64,000 nucleotides of DNA from Candidatus Acidiferrales bacterium (GTDB taxonomy: Bacteria; Desulfobacterota; Binatia; UBA9968): contig DATMAM010000040.1 of assembly GCA_035559995.1 (NCBI GenBank), positions 197,452 through 261,451 of the forward strand, given 5' to 3'. Below the pieces are notes generated by a model. The model saw nothing but the letters and a program-made list of their open reading frames with translations. It was not told the origin of the DNA and searched no databases. How positions within the stretch are numbered: position 1 is the first letter of the stretch; each line of letters opens with the position of its first letter. Both the position numbers and the translations under genes were made by a program. Positions 29,549 through 38,399 of this stretch are shown in pieces.

Positions 29549-30352
29549 TTACTCCAGCTTGGCTGTCGCTATCCTGAGCAGCGACCGCTTGACCTTATCG
29601 TCGGCTCCACGAGCGCGCTGCGCGGTCATGGAATTCCAATGCCGGCGAAGCCCCTCCATCGACAGCGTGTTGCCTGCCCAAAAGTCGTGGCCCATGGCCC
29701 AGTCGATCATCTCGGCGATAAGCTCGTAGCTGTGGCCATCGCGGCGGTGCATCAGCTCACAGACATGCGCCCATTTTGTTAGCTGCGCGGCCGTTGGCGG
29801 CGACCAGTCCGGCAGCCTCGCCTGAATCCGATCCACGAGCTTCTGCGTCAACTCGATCGCGCGCGGATCGGAGTCTTTTGTTGGTTGGTGACTGTTGGTT
29901 GGTGACTGTTGGTTGGTTGGTTGGTAGGCAGAATTTCGCCGCCGTTTGGCGGACAATTTCCGCCGTCGAGCGGACGCTCTATCTATGCGTTTTTTAATCA
30001 GATCTCCGCAGAAGTCTTGCCAGTCGTGTATCCACAGTCCCTGTTGATTGTCATTTTCCGCCAACCACGTTCCATCCACGTTCCTGCCACGAGCAGTTTT
30101 TTCGGTGTCCAGAAACCGCGCTTCAATGAGCGCGTTGATTAGCTGCTCCGGATCCGCGCCCCAACCGATGGCGCGCGCGATCTGGAGCTTTGAGAAGTTG
30201 GAGAGGTCTCCGTCTTGGGCGTAATCAATCGCCCACCACCACAGCATGTGAAGATAGCCGATCGCTTCGGGTCGGCTCATTTTGGTCAGTTCCATTAGCT
30301 TGTAGAGCTTTGGATGCTCTTTGAGCGATTGGTGCGATTCGATCCAGGCCAT
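29549..30352 (-). CDS. phage replisome-organizer / replication-initiator-like protein
   Basis: N-terminal WIESHQSLKEHPKLYKLMEL...AIGYLHMLWWWAIDYA...IARAIGW resembles phage replisome organizer N-terminal domain; contains iterons; start ATG 30352 or TTG 30367. Confidence 0.5.
   Translation of the reverse strand: MAWIESHQSLKEHPKLYKLMELTKMSRPEAIGYLHMLWWWAIDYAQDGDLSNFSKLQIARAIGWGADPEQLINALIEARFLDTEKTARGRNVDGTWLAENDNQQGLWIHDWQDFCGDLIKKRIDRASARRRKLSAKRRRNSAYQPTNQQSPTNSHQPTKDSDPRAIELTQKLVDRIQARLPDWSPPTAAQLTKWAHVCELMHRRDGHSYELIAEMIDWAMGHDFWAGNTLSMEGLRRHWNSMTAQRARGADDKVKRSLLRIATAKLE
29881..29924. repeat. iteron-like tandem direct repeats inside replication gene (TTGGTTGGTGACTG x2 + TTGGTTGGTTGGTTGG)
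   Basis: Perfect 14-bp duplication followed by (TTGG)4; encodes QPTNQQSPTNSHQPT linker. Confidence 0.6.
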
Positions 30353-30361
30353 AGCTTTCAG

Positions 30362-30395
30362 GTTCAAAAAGGGGGGGCCGCCAGTGGCCCCCCCT
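30362..30395 (-). terminator. rho-independent terminator-like hairpin (GGGGGGGCC-loop-GGCCCCCCC + TTTTTG) between ATPase and replisome-organizer genes
   Basis: Perfect 9-bp GC stem, 6-nt loop, T-run on minus strand. Confidence 0.55.
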
Positions 30396-30420
30396 GCTCC
30401 AGGGGATAAGGAGACGAATC

Positions 30421-31941
30421 CTAGAGACTTAACTGAGCGGCCTTCCCCTTGCCGTTCTTGCCTTTTCCCTTTGCCGGCTCGGGCTGTTTTTCCACAAGCT
30501 CGGACGAGCGCTTCTCGAAGGCGTCCTCGATGCGCTTCCGGTGTTGCGGCTTCATGGTCTTGAGCAGATCGCCCAGCGTCGATCGCACGGCGTGTAGCTC
30601 ATCGATCGTCTGCGCTTTGGTTACATCCTCTTCGATGAGCTTGAGCATGGTCTGCTCTGACTTAACCTGCTCAGGTTTGTCCTGGTCGGCAGGCATCCAA
30701 TCCTTCGGGATGTCATCATCCTCGATTTCCCTCGCCTTCTCCATAGCGGCCTGGTCCACCCGCTGCTTCTCCTCGAGCACGAAGGCGTTGATCTGCTCGT
30801 ACTGGCCGTCCTTGTGCATCTTCTCCAGGAGATCGAAATTTTTCGCGACGTACTTGGCCAGGTGCTCGACCACGTCTTTCCCGTCGCGGAGGTCGTCTGG
30901 ATGCAGCTCCGCAAGCGCGGACTTGGATCGGGTGTTGAACTGGGCATTGAAGATGATCGAGCGGAGCTGCTTCTCCAGCCCGCCGGATCCCGGCATCCAC
31001 TGGTTGTAGATCCCGTCGATCTCCTCGATCAAAATCTCCACTTGCCGGCGCCGGGCCCAGTAGGCTTCCGCGTTTCCGGTCTGAAAGAGCGGGCCCATCG
31101 GGGTATCGGTGGGACGTTTTTGGTCTTGGGATCCGCTGGCGAGGAATTTATAAACAGGCTTAAAGGTATCCCAGACGCGGTTCTCGCCCGCCTCCCAGGT
31201 GTCCATCGGATCGAATCGGAATTGCTTTCCGTCCAGGACTCGAGAGCGGTCCTTCATCACGGTCGCCATGCGGAAGACATTCACGCCATCCCTCTTCACT
31301 TCCTGCTCCCGCTCCATTAGCACCAACAAGTCAGGCTCGAAGGCCGTTTCGTTGTCGCCCCGCATCTTGACGCCGGTTGGGTTGAATTCCTTCTTCCCCT
31401 GTTCGTTCACCTCCATCGTGTACTCCCAGGCAGCGCGGCCGGTGAACAGAATGTGGCAGTTCCGCGCGTTGACGAACGGCGTCGAAAACTTCTCCTTCCA
31501 CAGGGGCTTCAGAATCATCGCGTCGCCGGGGTATTTGATCGGCCGGTTCTCCTTGATCGAAAACTGCCGCAGCATCTCTTCGTACAAATGCGTCACCGTG
31601 TCGATCATGAGGATCGCGCGGTGCTTCTCGGCAAGATCGAGGATCTTCCCGAAATCCACCAGGCTCCGGGACGCGGTGATGAACAGGTTCTGGCCTTCGA
31701 TCAGGCCATGCTCGCGGTAGAACGGCACGACGAACTTCGCCGATTGCTCGGTGTCTTGGAGGAGCACGGTTTTTGTTTTGCCCTCCTCCTCCCAGATCCC
31801 AAGCGCCATCAAGTACATCGTGAGGGACTTGCCGGCCCCGGCGAAGCCCTCAAAGCTCATCTTGAACGGTGTCCAGACGTCGGCGGTGTTCACAAACAGA
31901 CCGCTGGCGGCGAATGGATTTTGATTTTGATTAGATTCCAT
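30421..31941 (-). CDS. phage RecA-fold P-loop ATPase (AAA_24/Sak4-like N-terminal domain) with long C-terminal extension
   Basis: Walker A GFAGAGKS, Walker B-like hhhhD (ILMIDT); AAAGGAGA RBS; 506 aa. Confidence 0.5.
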   Translation of the reverse strand: MESNQNQNPFAASGLFVNTADVWTPFKMSFEGFAGAGKSLTMYLMALGIWEEEGKTKTVLLQDTEQSAKFVVPFYREHGLIEGQNLFITASRSLVDFGKILDLAEKHRAILMIDTVTHLYEEMLRQFSIKENRPIKYPGDAMILKPLWKEKFSTPFVNARNCHILFTGRAAWEYTMEVNEQGKKEFNPTGVKMRGDNETAFEPDLLVLMEREQEVKRDGVNVFRMATVMKDRSRVLDGKQFRFDPMDTWEAGENRVWDTFKPVYKFLASGSQDQKRPTDTPMGPLFQTGNAEAYWARRRQVEILIEEIDGIYNQWMPGSGGLEKQLRSIIFNAQFNTRSKSALAELHPDDLRDGKDVVEHLAKYVAKNFDLLEKMHKDGQYEQINAFVLEEKQRVDQAAMEKAREIEDDDIPKDWMPADQDKPEQVKSEQTMLKLIEEDVTKAQTIDELHAVRSTLGDLLKTMKPQHRKRIEDAFEKRSSELVEKQPEPAKGKGKNGKGKAAQLSL

Positions 31942-32038
31942 AACGTCTCCTTTTGCGTTTTTGATCCTTCGTTTTTGTCAGTAGGCCCACTCATCTGAGT
32001 GAGCGGGCGGTCCGCGCGGTTGCATGCCTTCACCTCCT

Positions 32039-32404
32039 TTATTCCTTGGCCGGTTTTTCCGCCTCGTAGACTCCGGCACGGACATCAAGATCCATGTCGC
32101 GGCAGTAGCCCTCGATCACGCCTTGAGCCTTACTTACGCGCTCGCGCGTCTTCTCGTCGGTGTGGCCGACTCCCATGATGTCGCCGCAGAAATGCTCGAG
32201 CCTCACAATGCTGTCGCGGGCCGGAGTTTCACCCTCGATCAGCGCCGTGGCTAGCACCGACACATACATGATCGGCAAGGTTTTGGACTGCGTGTAGAGC
32301 GTTGTGAGGCGCACGATCTTTCGGTGAATACGCTCCTTGTCTTGTGCGATCTCGCGCAGGAATTCCTGCGGATCGTTGAATCTAACAACTCTAGCGTGAG
32401 CCAC
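32039..32404 (-). CDS. hypothetical phage protein
   Basis: 121 aa ORF in early-left operon. Confidence 0.35.
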   Translation of the reverse strand: MAHARVVRFNDPQEFLREIAQDKERIHRKIVRLTTLYTQSKTLPIMYVSVLATALIEGETPARDSIVRLEHFCGDIMGVGHTDEKTRERVSKAQGVIEGYCRDMDLDVRAGVYEAEKPAKE

Positions 32405-32606
32405 CTGTCACCTCCTTTTTGAAATGTTTATAGTCCGGCTGCGCGGGCTCGATCCCAAAACTGACCAACAAGCCATCATCGGCGATCGCGTCGACATCCA
32501 GGGCGTCCACTAGATAACGCTCGCTTGCGGTGTCGCCCTGCTCGCGGCAATAGGCGAGCGCATCGAAGTAGTCGCGCCAGGAAACAAATAAGGCGTCTTT
32601 CATCAC
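32391..32606 (-). CDS. hypothetical small phage protein
   Basis: 71 aa, start overlaps upstream gene stop. Confidence 0.3.
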   Translation of the reverse strand: MMKDALFVSWRDYFDALAYCREQGDTASERYLVDALDVDAIADDGLLVSFGIEPAQPDYKHFKKEVTGGSR

Positions 32607-32965
32607 GAGCCGGTTTTGTTCGGTTGTCCTTGGTCCTCAGCGAGCTGGAGTATTTTTCTGATGGAGTTCATCTGCTCGTCGTTGATGAACACCCCGCCCA
32701 GCTCGCGCGCCAGCCAGTTGATCGTTTCGAGGGCCAAGTGCCCCTGGCCCTCCGTCACCATGATGTGAAGTAAATCCGCGGTCCGGTCGATCGGGTTTTC
32801 GCGGCCGGAAGGTTCAAACGGCAGATCCTCGTCGCGGCCGCTCCGCTCGCCCCACTTGTAGATGGTCGGCGGGGATAGGCGCATTCGGCCGGCAATCGCC
32901 TTGACGCCAATGGCTCTGATCAAGTCGGCGATGATCTCACTCGAGGGTCGGCGGATACGAGGCAT
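32603..32965 (-). CDS. phage HTH-type transcriptional regulator
   Basis: 120 aa; LSPPTIYKWGER HTH-like segment near N-terminus. Confidence 0.4.
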   Translation of the reverse strand: MPRIRRPSSEIIADLIRAIGVKAIAGRMRLSPPTIYKWGERSGRDEDLPFEPSGRENPIDRTADLLHIMVTEGQGHLALETINWLARELGGVFINDEQMNSIRKILQLAEDQGQPNKTGS

Positions 32966-33009
32966 ATTTTATACTGGGGTCTGTATAACGCCCGATTTTT
33001 TTATCCTGG

Positions 33010-33225
33010 TCAGGCCGATTGGCGACTGGCAGAATCGGATTTCCCGCGTAGCTCGTTGAGGGTCACGCCCAGAGCCCGGGCTAATCGTTTCTCCAGCCGC
33101 TCGCTCGTGAGCCGTCGATTCACGAGCAGCGAAATGGTCACCTTCGGCTTTTTCCACCTCCTCACCAGGTCGCCCTGGGTGATGTTTCGCTCCTTCATTT
33201 TTTGCTTGATTTCTTCGGCGGTCAT
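33010..33225 (-). CDS. XRE-family HTH repressor-like protein (Cro/CI-type, 71 aa)
   Basis: ERNITQGDLVRRW...ISLLVN Cro/C1-type HTH. Confidence 0.55.
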   Translation of the reverse strand: MTAEEIKQKMKERNITQGDLVRRWKKPKVTISLLVNRRLTSERLEKRLARALGVTLNELRGKSDSASRQSA

Positions 33226-33240
33226 GGTTACCCCCTGTTC

Positions 33241-33286
33241 ACTGAACGGTTCAGTAAACGTAAATAGTGCATTCTAATACTAGAAT
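33241..33286. promoter_or_regulatory. genetic-switch operator region: palindromes ACTGAAC-G-GTTCAGT and ATTCTA-ATAC-TAGAAT between divergent HTH genes
   Basis: Perfect 7-1-7 and 6-4-6 inverted repeats in the 90-bp divergent intergenic region; TAGAAT/TAATAC -10-like hexamers. Confidence 0.5.
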
Positions 33287-33315
33287 ATACAAAGCCTGTC
33301 AAGCCTTTTTTTGCC

Positions 33316-33603
33316 GTGAAGAAGAAACCGGGACGAAAACCCAAGCCCACGCACGACCCGATTGCTCAAAGATTTCGCGAGCTTGCGGCGGGAAGATCAC
33401 GCAGGGTCATGGCGGGCCTGATCGGGTGCACCGAGCAGGAATGGGGAGCTTATGAGAACGGGCAGAAGCGCCCAGGATGGCATCGGATCGAGATTATCTG
33501 CACCCTCCTCGATATCTCGCCAAGCTGGCTCATGTTTGGGATCGGCCCCCCAAGGCTGAGCGCGCTCGCCGGAATCCCGAATGGCATTAAAAAAATATAC
33601 TGA
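33316..33603 (+). CDS. XRE-family HTH protein (Cro-like)
   Basis: RRVMAGLIGCTEQEWGAYENGQKRP HTH_3-like. Confidence 0.5.
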   Translation: MKKKPGRKPKPTHDPIAQRFRELAAGRSRRVMAGLIGCTEQEWGAYENGQKRPGWHRIEIICTLLDISPSWLMFGIGPPRLSALAGIPNGIKKIY

Positions 33604-33958
33604 TAGGAAAGTAGGAGAGAGGATCCGCGATGTGCGCGCTGGCCTGGGACTCACGCAGGAGGAGTTCGGGAGGCGCTTTGGCTATTCGCAGGACGCGGTA
33701 GCCAAGTGGGAAGGGGGTCAGGTGCCCCATGCGCTCGTGCTCCGTGAGATCGCCGCGACCGCGGCTAGGCCAACCACCGTAGATTGGCTGGTGGCGGCGC
33801 GGGCAAAGGATTCCGAGGCATTGACGCCCGACGAGCGTTTCCTCTTGAAATGCTTTCGCGACCTCGATAAAAGACGGCCGGAACTGGCAAGGGACCTTCT
33901 CAGCCTCTTCTCGGATCTGGCGGAGGAAAGAAAATCGAGACGCTACCAGAAAAGATAA
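33581..33958 (+). CDS. XRE-family HTH transcriptional regulator
   Basis: IRDVRAGLGLTQEEFGRRFGYSQDAVAKWEGGQ canonical HTH_3. Confidence 0.6.
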   Translation: MALKKYTDRKVGERIRDVRAGLGLTQEEFGRRFGYSQDAVAKWEGGQVPHALVLREIAATAARPTTVDWLVAARAKDSEALTPDERFLLKCFRDLDKRRPELARDLLSLFSDLAEERKSRRYQKR

Positions 33959-34032
33959 AGCCGCTCGCGGTCCGGGACCTAAACAGTTACCATGCGCTGT
34001 TTCTACCCGCGAACTGGAACCGCGCGCTCGAA

Positions 34033-34458
34033 TTGATCTACCGTACCCGCTCTTATGAGGCGGGGCTTGACGGTGCCCGGCATCTCACGTCGCTGACTGA
34101 GGATCTCAGGGCGGAGCTTGGCCGGCACTATGTAAGACGCCGGATCCGCCTCGGGCTTCTCACGCTCACCTGCCTGGACCGGCTCGACCGCCTCGCCGAG
34201 TATCTTGATGAGTGGGACAGGCTCAGGCAGTTGGATCTCGGAATCCGCTTCAAGAAACGGCCCCGGGTAGGCGGTTTCATCTTGAACGACGATCCGCTCA
34301 CCGTTCACTTCTTGTACTTGCAGCGCCACCGGAAGAACGTGATCGAAAAGAAGATCGCGCGATGGGTGATGACAGGCCGGATCTCAGCCAAACACGCCTC
34401 ACGGGACGAGCTCGGCCACGAGGAATTGGAGCGACGCTGCCGGGAAGTTGTGGGATGA
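34033..34458 (+). CDS. hypothetical phage protein
   Basis: 141 aa ORF, last rightward gene before convergent leftward operon. Confidence 0.3.
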   Translation: MIYRTRSYEAGLDGARHLTSLTEDLRAELGRHYVRRRIRLGLLTLTCLDRLDRLAEYLDEWDRLRQLDLGIRFKKRPRVGGFILNDDPLTVHFLYLQRHRKNVIEKKIARWVMTGRISAKHASRDELGHEELERRCREVVG

Positions 34459-34504
34459 TTTTTTTGAGGGGAAAGAAAAAGGCTGCTGATTGGAGTCAGG
34501 CGGG

Positions 34505-34768
34505 CTACTGGCTCTTGGCGAACAGTCCCTCTTTCAACTGCCGCGCCTTCTGCCGCGCCTTCTTCGAGTCGTAGTAGTATTCAGCGGTTTCCACCGTGCA
34601 ATCGTTCCCTCCGCGCTCGAGGTCGTAGACACACGCCTTGAGATCGTCCAAGCCGGGAAAAACGTGTCTCGTCACAAACGCATGATCTTTCCCGATCGCT
34701 TCGGGATCATCGACCAGGTGGAATCGCTTCTTGGCTTTCTCAAAAGCGACCCATACTTCCATGCTCAT
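34505..34768 (-). CDS. hypothetical phage protein
   Basis: 87 aa. Confidence 0.3.
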   Translation of the reverse strand: MSMEVWVAFEKAKKRFHLVDDPEAIGKDHAFVTRHVFPGLDDLKACVYDLERGGNDCTVETAEYYYDSKKARQKARQLKEGLFAKSQ

Positions 34769-34783
34769 ATTGTACTCCTTCGT

Positions 34784-35257
34784 TTAAGTTTCGCTACTGT
34801 AGTCCGGGTCTAAGTTCGTCACGAATCGGACCTTCTTGCCCTGCGCCTTTTCCTGCTCTGCGCGAAAATCGAGATCGTAAAACACGTACTCAAGCCGGCG
34901 TTGATTGAAGCGATGAATGACAAAATGCTGTTTCCCGGCCTTATCTTTCTCGCTCGCGATCTCGAAGACCACTTCCTCCGGCGAGCTGGGCGTCAATTCG
35001 CGCTTGAGTGAGGCGGGCCGGCAGGTGCACATGCACACGCCCGCATCCCCGAGCCTTCCGGTGCATAGATCGTGTTTTTCTTCCCAGCAAAGAAAGCAGA
35101 TGCAATTTTCCAGCCGCAGGCGCTCACTTCGGAGTTTCTGATAGGCTTCGTAAGCGGAGTCCGCCCACACCTTGAGCCACCTCGGGGGGTTTGGTTGGGC
35201 GTCTTCCGTTACCGGCTGCGCGAGTTTGTCTCGCATATCGACGATCCACCAGGTCAT
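34784..35257 (-). CDS. hypothetical Cys-cluster (zinc-binding) phage protein
   Basis: CICFLCWEEKHDLCTGRLGDAGVCMCTC cysteine cluster. Confidence 0.4.
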   Translation of the reverse strand: MTWWIVDMRDKLAQPVTEDAQPNPPRWLKVWADSAYEAYQKLRSERLRLENCICFLCWEEKHDLCTGRLGDAGVCMCTCRPASLKRELTPSSPEEVVFEIASEKDKAGKQHFVIHRFNQRRLEYVFYDLDFRAEQEKAQGKKVRFVTNLDPDYSSET

Positions 35258-35595
35258 GACTCACCTCCTTCGGAGCTCTCGCGCGCATTGGTGTGGCGCG
35301 CACGCTCGGCCACGGTCTCCAGAATGGTAGCGAGAGCAGCCATATTTCTGTTCGCTTCGATCTGCTGGAGAACTTGCCGGCAGAGATCCTCCAGCGCCTC
35401 GGTTCCTTCGAAATGGAACCCGCCCCGGATGGCGAGGCCGCGTTTCCCGACTCCTTCAATCCAGGTGTGCATCGGACCAGTCCACACGGCGATCGCGGTA
35501 ATTTCGAAGGTGCCATTCCGTCCTTGAAGGTATCCGCGCACGGGAATTTTGACGTCAATATCCAACAGCCCCTGTTTTTTCGTGAAATCCTTCAT
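35254..35595 (-). CDS. hypothetical phage protein
   Basis: 113 aa, overlaps neighbours. Confidence 0.35.
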   Translation of the reverse strand: MKDFTKKQGLLDIDVKIPVRGYLQGRNGTFEITAIAVWTGPMHTWIEGVGKRGLAIRGGFHFEGTEALEDLCRQVLQQIEANRNMAALATILETVAERARHTNARESSEGGES

Positions 35596-35628
35596 GTGTT
35601 TCTTCTCCTTCGTTTTGGTTGATCGGCC

Positions 35629-35877
35629 TTACGCGATTTGCTTCACTTTGGCCTTACCGTCAATCGACGCGATCTCCTCGATCGCGCTGTTCAGGATATC
35701 CATCACGCGCTGCAGCACGTTTGCCGCCGCGTTGGCGCCGTCGATAACTTGCAAGAGTCCAGGATCCGCCTGTTGCTCCAGACAGCGCGTACGGATCTTC
35801 CCGAGCTCCTGGAGAGAGTCGTCGACCCGGCCGGCCAGCTCAGACAGCTCCTCTTTGATCATTTCGCAGTCCAGCAT
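35629..35877 (-). CDS. hypothetical acidic helical phage protein
   Basis: 82 aa. Confidence 0.3.
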   Translation of the reverse strand: MLDCEMIKEELSELAGRVDDSLQELGKIRTRCLEQQADPGLLQVIDGANAAANVLQRVMDILNSAIEEIASIDGKAKVKQIA

Positions 35878-35971
35878 CGGTTATCACCTCCCTTCCGTTT
35901 GGATTTTGAACGCACGAATGCGACCGCGCGAATTGCTCGCGCGCGTCTTAGAATTTTTTGGGGGGTAGTCT

Positions 35972-36358
35972 TTAGAAGCGCCTGAAGAGAGCAGTGATAC
36001 GCTTCAGCGCGCTATCGAGGCTCACGTTTCGGATGGTCAGAGTACGCGATCGTTGATAATCCATCGCGCCCTTTTTTCCCGGCCGCCGCCAGTGCTGCAG
36101 GATGACGGACACTGTCTCCTGCGGCCGCTCGTACACGCCGGCATCGCTCAGCTCGTTGCGGAATTCTGCGGCGATCTGCTGGTACACTGAGTCGAGATCG
36201 AACCCGCGGATGGTCAGGGTCTTAGAGCCGGCGTATACGAGAGTCTCCTTGCGGCGCTTCCGGTACTGAAATTGAATAGAGACGCTCTGGACGGGGCCTT
36301 CGTTCACATGGCCGTCATATAGGAAACCTATGGCATTGTCAAAGCCCAAAATGCTCAC
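35972..36358 (-). CDS. hypothetical phage protein with internal tandem duplication
   Basis: TLTIRGFDLDSVYQQIAAEF / TLTIRNVSLDSALKRITALF repeated halves. Confidence 0.35.
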   Translation of the reverse strand: MSILGFDNAIGFLYDGHVNEGPVQSVSIQFQYRKRRKETLVYAGSKTLTIRGFDLDSVYQQIAAEFRNELSDAGVYERPQETVSVILQHWRRPGKKGAMDYQRSRTLTIRNVSLDSALKRITALFRRF

Positions 36359-36452
36359 CTCCTTCAGTTGTCGATTCGAAAAGCGGAGCCGATCCGGTTA
36401 TCGATGAAGGCGCCGTGAAACTCCCGGAGAACTCGGCGCAAAAAGCCCATAA

Positions 36453-36611
36453 TCACGTTGGCGTCCTGAACGTCCGCACCGGATACTGCCACGAGGCGGG
36501 CCCGCTGCAGAAGTCGCAGACCTTCTTCAGAGCGGCGTCACACGACTCGCAGAGAATGCCGGCGTAGGTGGCAAAGCGCGCGCCGGCCGCGCCGCATTTC
36601 TGGCAGTTCAT
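36453..36611 (-). CDS. small zinc-ribbon phage protein
   Basis: MNCQKCGAAG...CESC...CDFC; AAAGGAGA RBS; start overlaps upstream stop. Confidence 0.4.
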   Translation of the reverse strand: MNCQKCGAAGARFATYAGILCESCDAALKKVCDFCSGPASWQYPVRTFRTPT

Positions 36612-36925
36612 TGACCGTCTCCTTTCTTCTTGATAGGCGTTCCGTCGTTGTAGATCGTTTCTTTCACCGGCTGTTTTCGGCCTCGGTGTTCGTACATTCC
36701 GATCAGATGACATTCAGGGCACTCGACCATAACCCGCGTGCCGACCTGGACCTTCCGGCGACGCTGCACGGCAACAGCGCCGTACAGCGTCGCCAGCGAC
36801 ATTTCTTCCGTGATTGGTTCGGTCTGCACGCGCAGTAGAGAAATCTCATGCCCGCGCGGACATCGAACATGCCAGTTGGCGTTCATACTCCCTCCTTCTG
36901 TTTTTGTTCGATCACCAGTTGGCAC
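36608..36925 (-). CDS. zinc-ribbon phage protein
   Basis: HVRCPRGHE...VECPECH motif pairs. Confidence 0.4.
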   Translation of the reverse strand: MPTGDRTKTEGGSMNANWHVRCPRGHEISLLRVQTEPITEEMSLATLYGAVAVQRRRKVQVGTRVMVECPECHLIGMYEHRGRKQPVKETIYNDGTPIKKKGDGQ

Positions 36926-37305
36926 CTTGGGCAGATAACGGGCGTGTCGGCCGGCACGTCCTCCCCGAGCTCAGCGATCGCCTTCCAGAAAAGCCCCGTC
37001 ACGCTGCGCTGCCACCCTGGCGCACACTCGCAGCGCTGGGGTTTGAGCAGCACCTCCGGGAGCGCAAGCCCTTCCGGGTCGGTCACTTCGGTCCACCAGT
37101 CGTGACCGTTGCGGCAGACAAGGTTGACACGCCCCTGCTCGTCCGTCTTGGTCCACTGCTCGTCCCACCACATATCGGTGCCGCCCATGTACTCGTAGCC
37201 GCCGCACTCATCGGCCTGCTGGATTAGAGCGCAGCCAGGCACTGTTTCTACCGTTCCGCGCGGCTCCTCGCAACACTCGGGGCATTTGTCGATTGCGAAT
37301 TTCAT
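36883..37305 (-). CDS. Cys-rich phage protein (multiple CxxC)
   Basis: CPECC, C..C, CEC, CPRC motifs across 140 aa. Confidence 0.4.
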   Translation of the reverse strand: MKFAIDKCPECCEEPRGTVETVPGCALIQQADECGGYEYMGGTDMWWDEQWTKTDEQGRVNLVCRNGHDWWTEVTDPEGLALPEVLLKPQRCECAPGWQRSVTGLFWKAIAELGEDVPADTPVICPRCQLVIEQKQKEGV

Positions 37306-37919
37306 TTAACACCTCCTTGCGTTTTGATGGCCATGAGCGCAGAGATCGCGGCCCTTGCTTCCATGAGACTCGAGGCGCTCATGGTGATCTTGATGCTGGT
37401 TGCGCTGGTGACGATCGCCTGAACGCCACCGTAGTTTCCGAGTTGGGGCTGTGCGTCGCGCCGCAGGTAATCCGGCCGACAATTCTCGCCCAGGAGCTCA
37501 CAGATTTCCTTGACGGCCTGCTCTTTCTCGGCGGCCCAGTTTTCCTCCGCGTTCACGCGCTTGACCGCCTCGGCGTAGAGTGTGCGGTATCCGGGGAGGA
37601 GACGTCGGCGTATTTCGGCAGCCTGCGAGCGAGGATCCCGGTTCGGATCGGTAGTAATGGAGTCCACGTTGGCCTTCTTGATCTCCTCCCACTGCGAATA
37701 ATAGAAAACACGGCCGTCGCTGTAGCGAGGATAGAGGCCGTGAATCACTAGCCGCCCTTTCGTGTGCGCGAAGGACAATTCCATCCCGCCCTTTTCCTTG
37801 ATGTAGAAATGGCCGGCCCAGTGCGTGTTCTCCTGAAACGTCCATGTCTCGTTGACATCAACGTAGATCGTGAGCTCGCGCGCGATTTCGCGGCAGAGTT
37901 GGGTCAGATCGCAATTCAT
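37302..37919 (-). CDS. hypothetical phage protein
   Basis: 205 aa, GGAGG RBS overlapping upstream small gene. Confidence 0.45.
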   Translation of the reverse strand: MNCDLTQLCREIARELTIYVDVNETWTFQENTHWAGHFYIKEKGGMELSFAHTKGRLVIHGLYPRYSDGRVFYYSQWEEIKKANVDSITTDPNRDPRSQAAEIRRRLLPGYRTLYAEAVKRVNAEENWAAEKEQAVKEICELLGENCRPDYLRRDAQPQLGNYGGVQAIVTSATSIKITMSASSLMEARAAISALMAIKTQGGVK

Positions 37920-38102
37920 GGCTCACCTCCAATCCCGCGCGCTTCGGCGTAGCTCTCGCTCGCGCACGCGGCCGGTGCTTGCCATGCCGATCAGGCTAAG
38001 CACAATGGCGAACACCCAGACCGCGCCGGCTATCCAGATCGCCCACTCGACCAGGTCGCCGACGCGGACCAAACAGTCGTAGAAATTATTCAGCTCTCTC
38101 AT
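37920..38102 (-). CDS. small single-TM phage protein (59 aa)
   Basis: Unlisted ORF MRELNNFYDCLVRVGDLVEWAIWIAGAVWVFAIVLSLIGM...; stop overlaps RBS/start of 37302..37919. Confidence 0.35.
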
Positions 38103-38104
38103 GG

Positions 38105-38299
38105 TCAGCTCCCCTTTCCGTCGACGACGTTGACACTCACCTCGATCTTCGCCGGCGCCTTGCCGCCAAACGCCGCCTTTTTCACGTACAGCGTGCCGAT
38201 GACTTCCTCACCCTCGGGGGCGACTTCCTTGAACCGATAGGTCCGCTTCGTGTCCCGCTCGAATTCCATCTTGAGATTGATTTTGCCGTTGGTTTTCAT
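38105..38299 (-). CDS. hypothetical small phage protein
   Basis: 64 aa. Confidence 0.3.
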   Translation of the reverse strand: MKTNGKINLKMEFERDTKRTYRFKEVAPEGEEVIGTLYVKKAAFGGKAPAKIEVSVNVVDGKGS

Positions 38300-38399
38300 G
38301 TTTTCGTTCCTCCGTTTTTTGTGGCTCTAAAAACACGAAGGGCGCCGGTAGCCTCGAGCCACCGACGCCCTTCCATTAGCCGGTCATTCGACCGACCGC

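Noticed and set aside
29881-29924. TTGG-based short tandem repeats as possible CRISPR/minisatellite
   Set aside because: No spacer-repeat periodicity or cas genes; lies in-frame inside a replication gene, so it reads better as iterons or a linker-coding repeat
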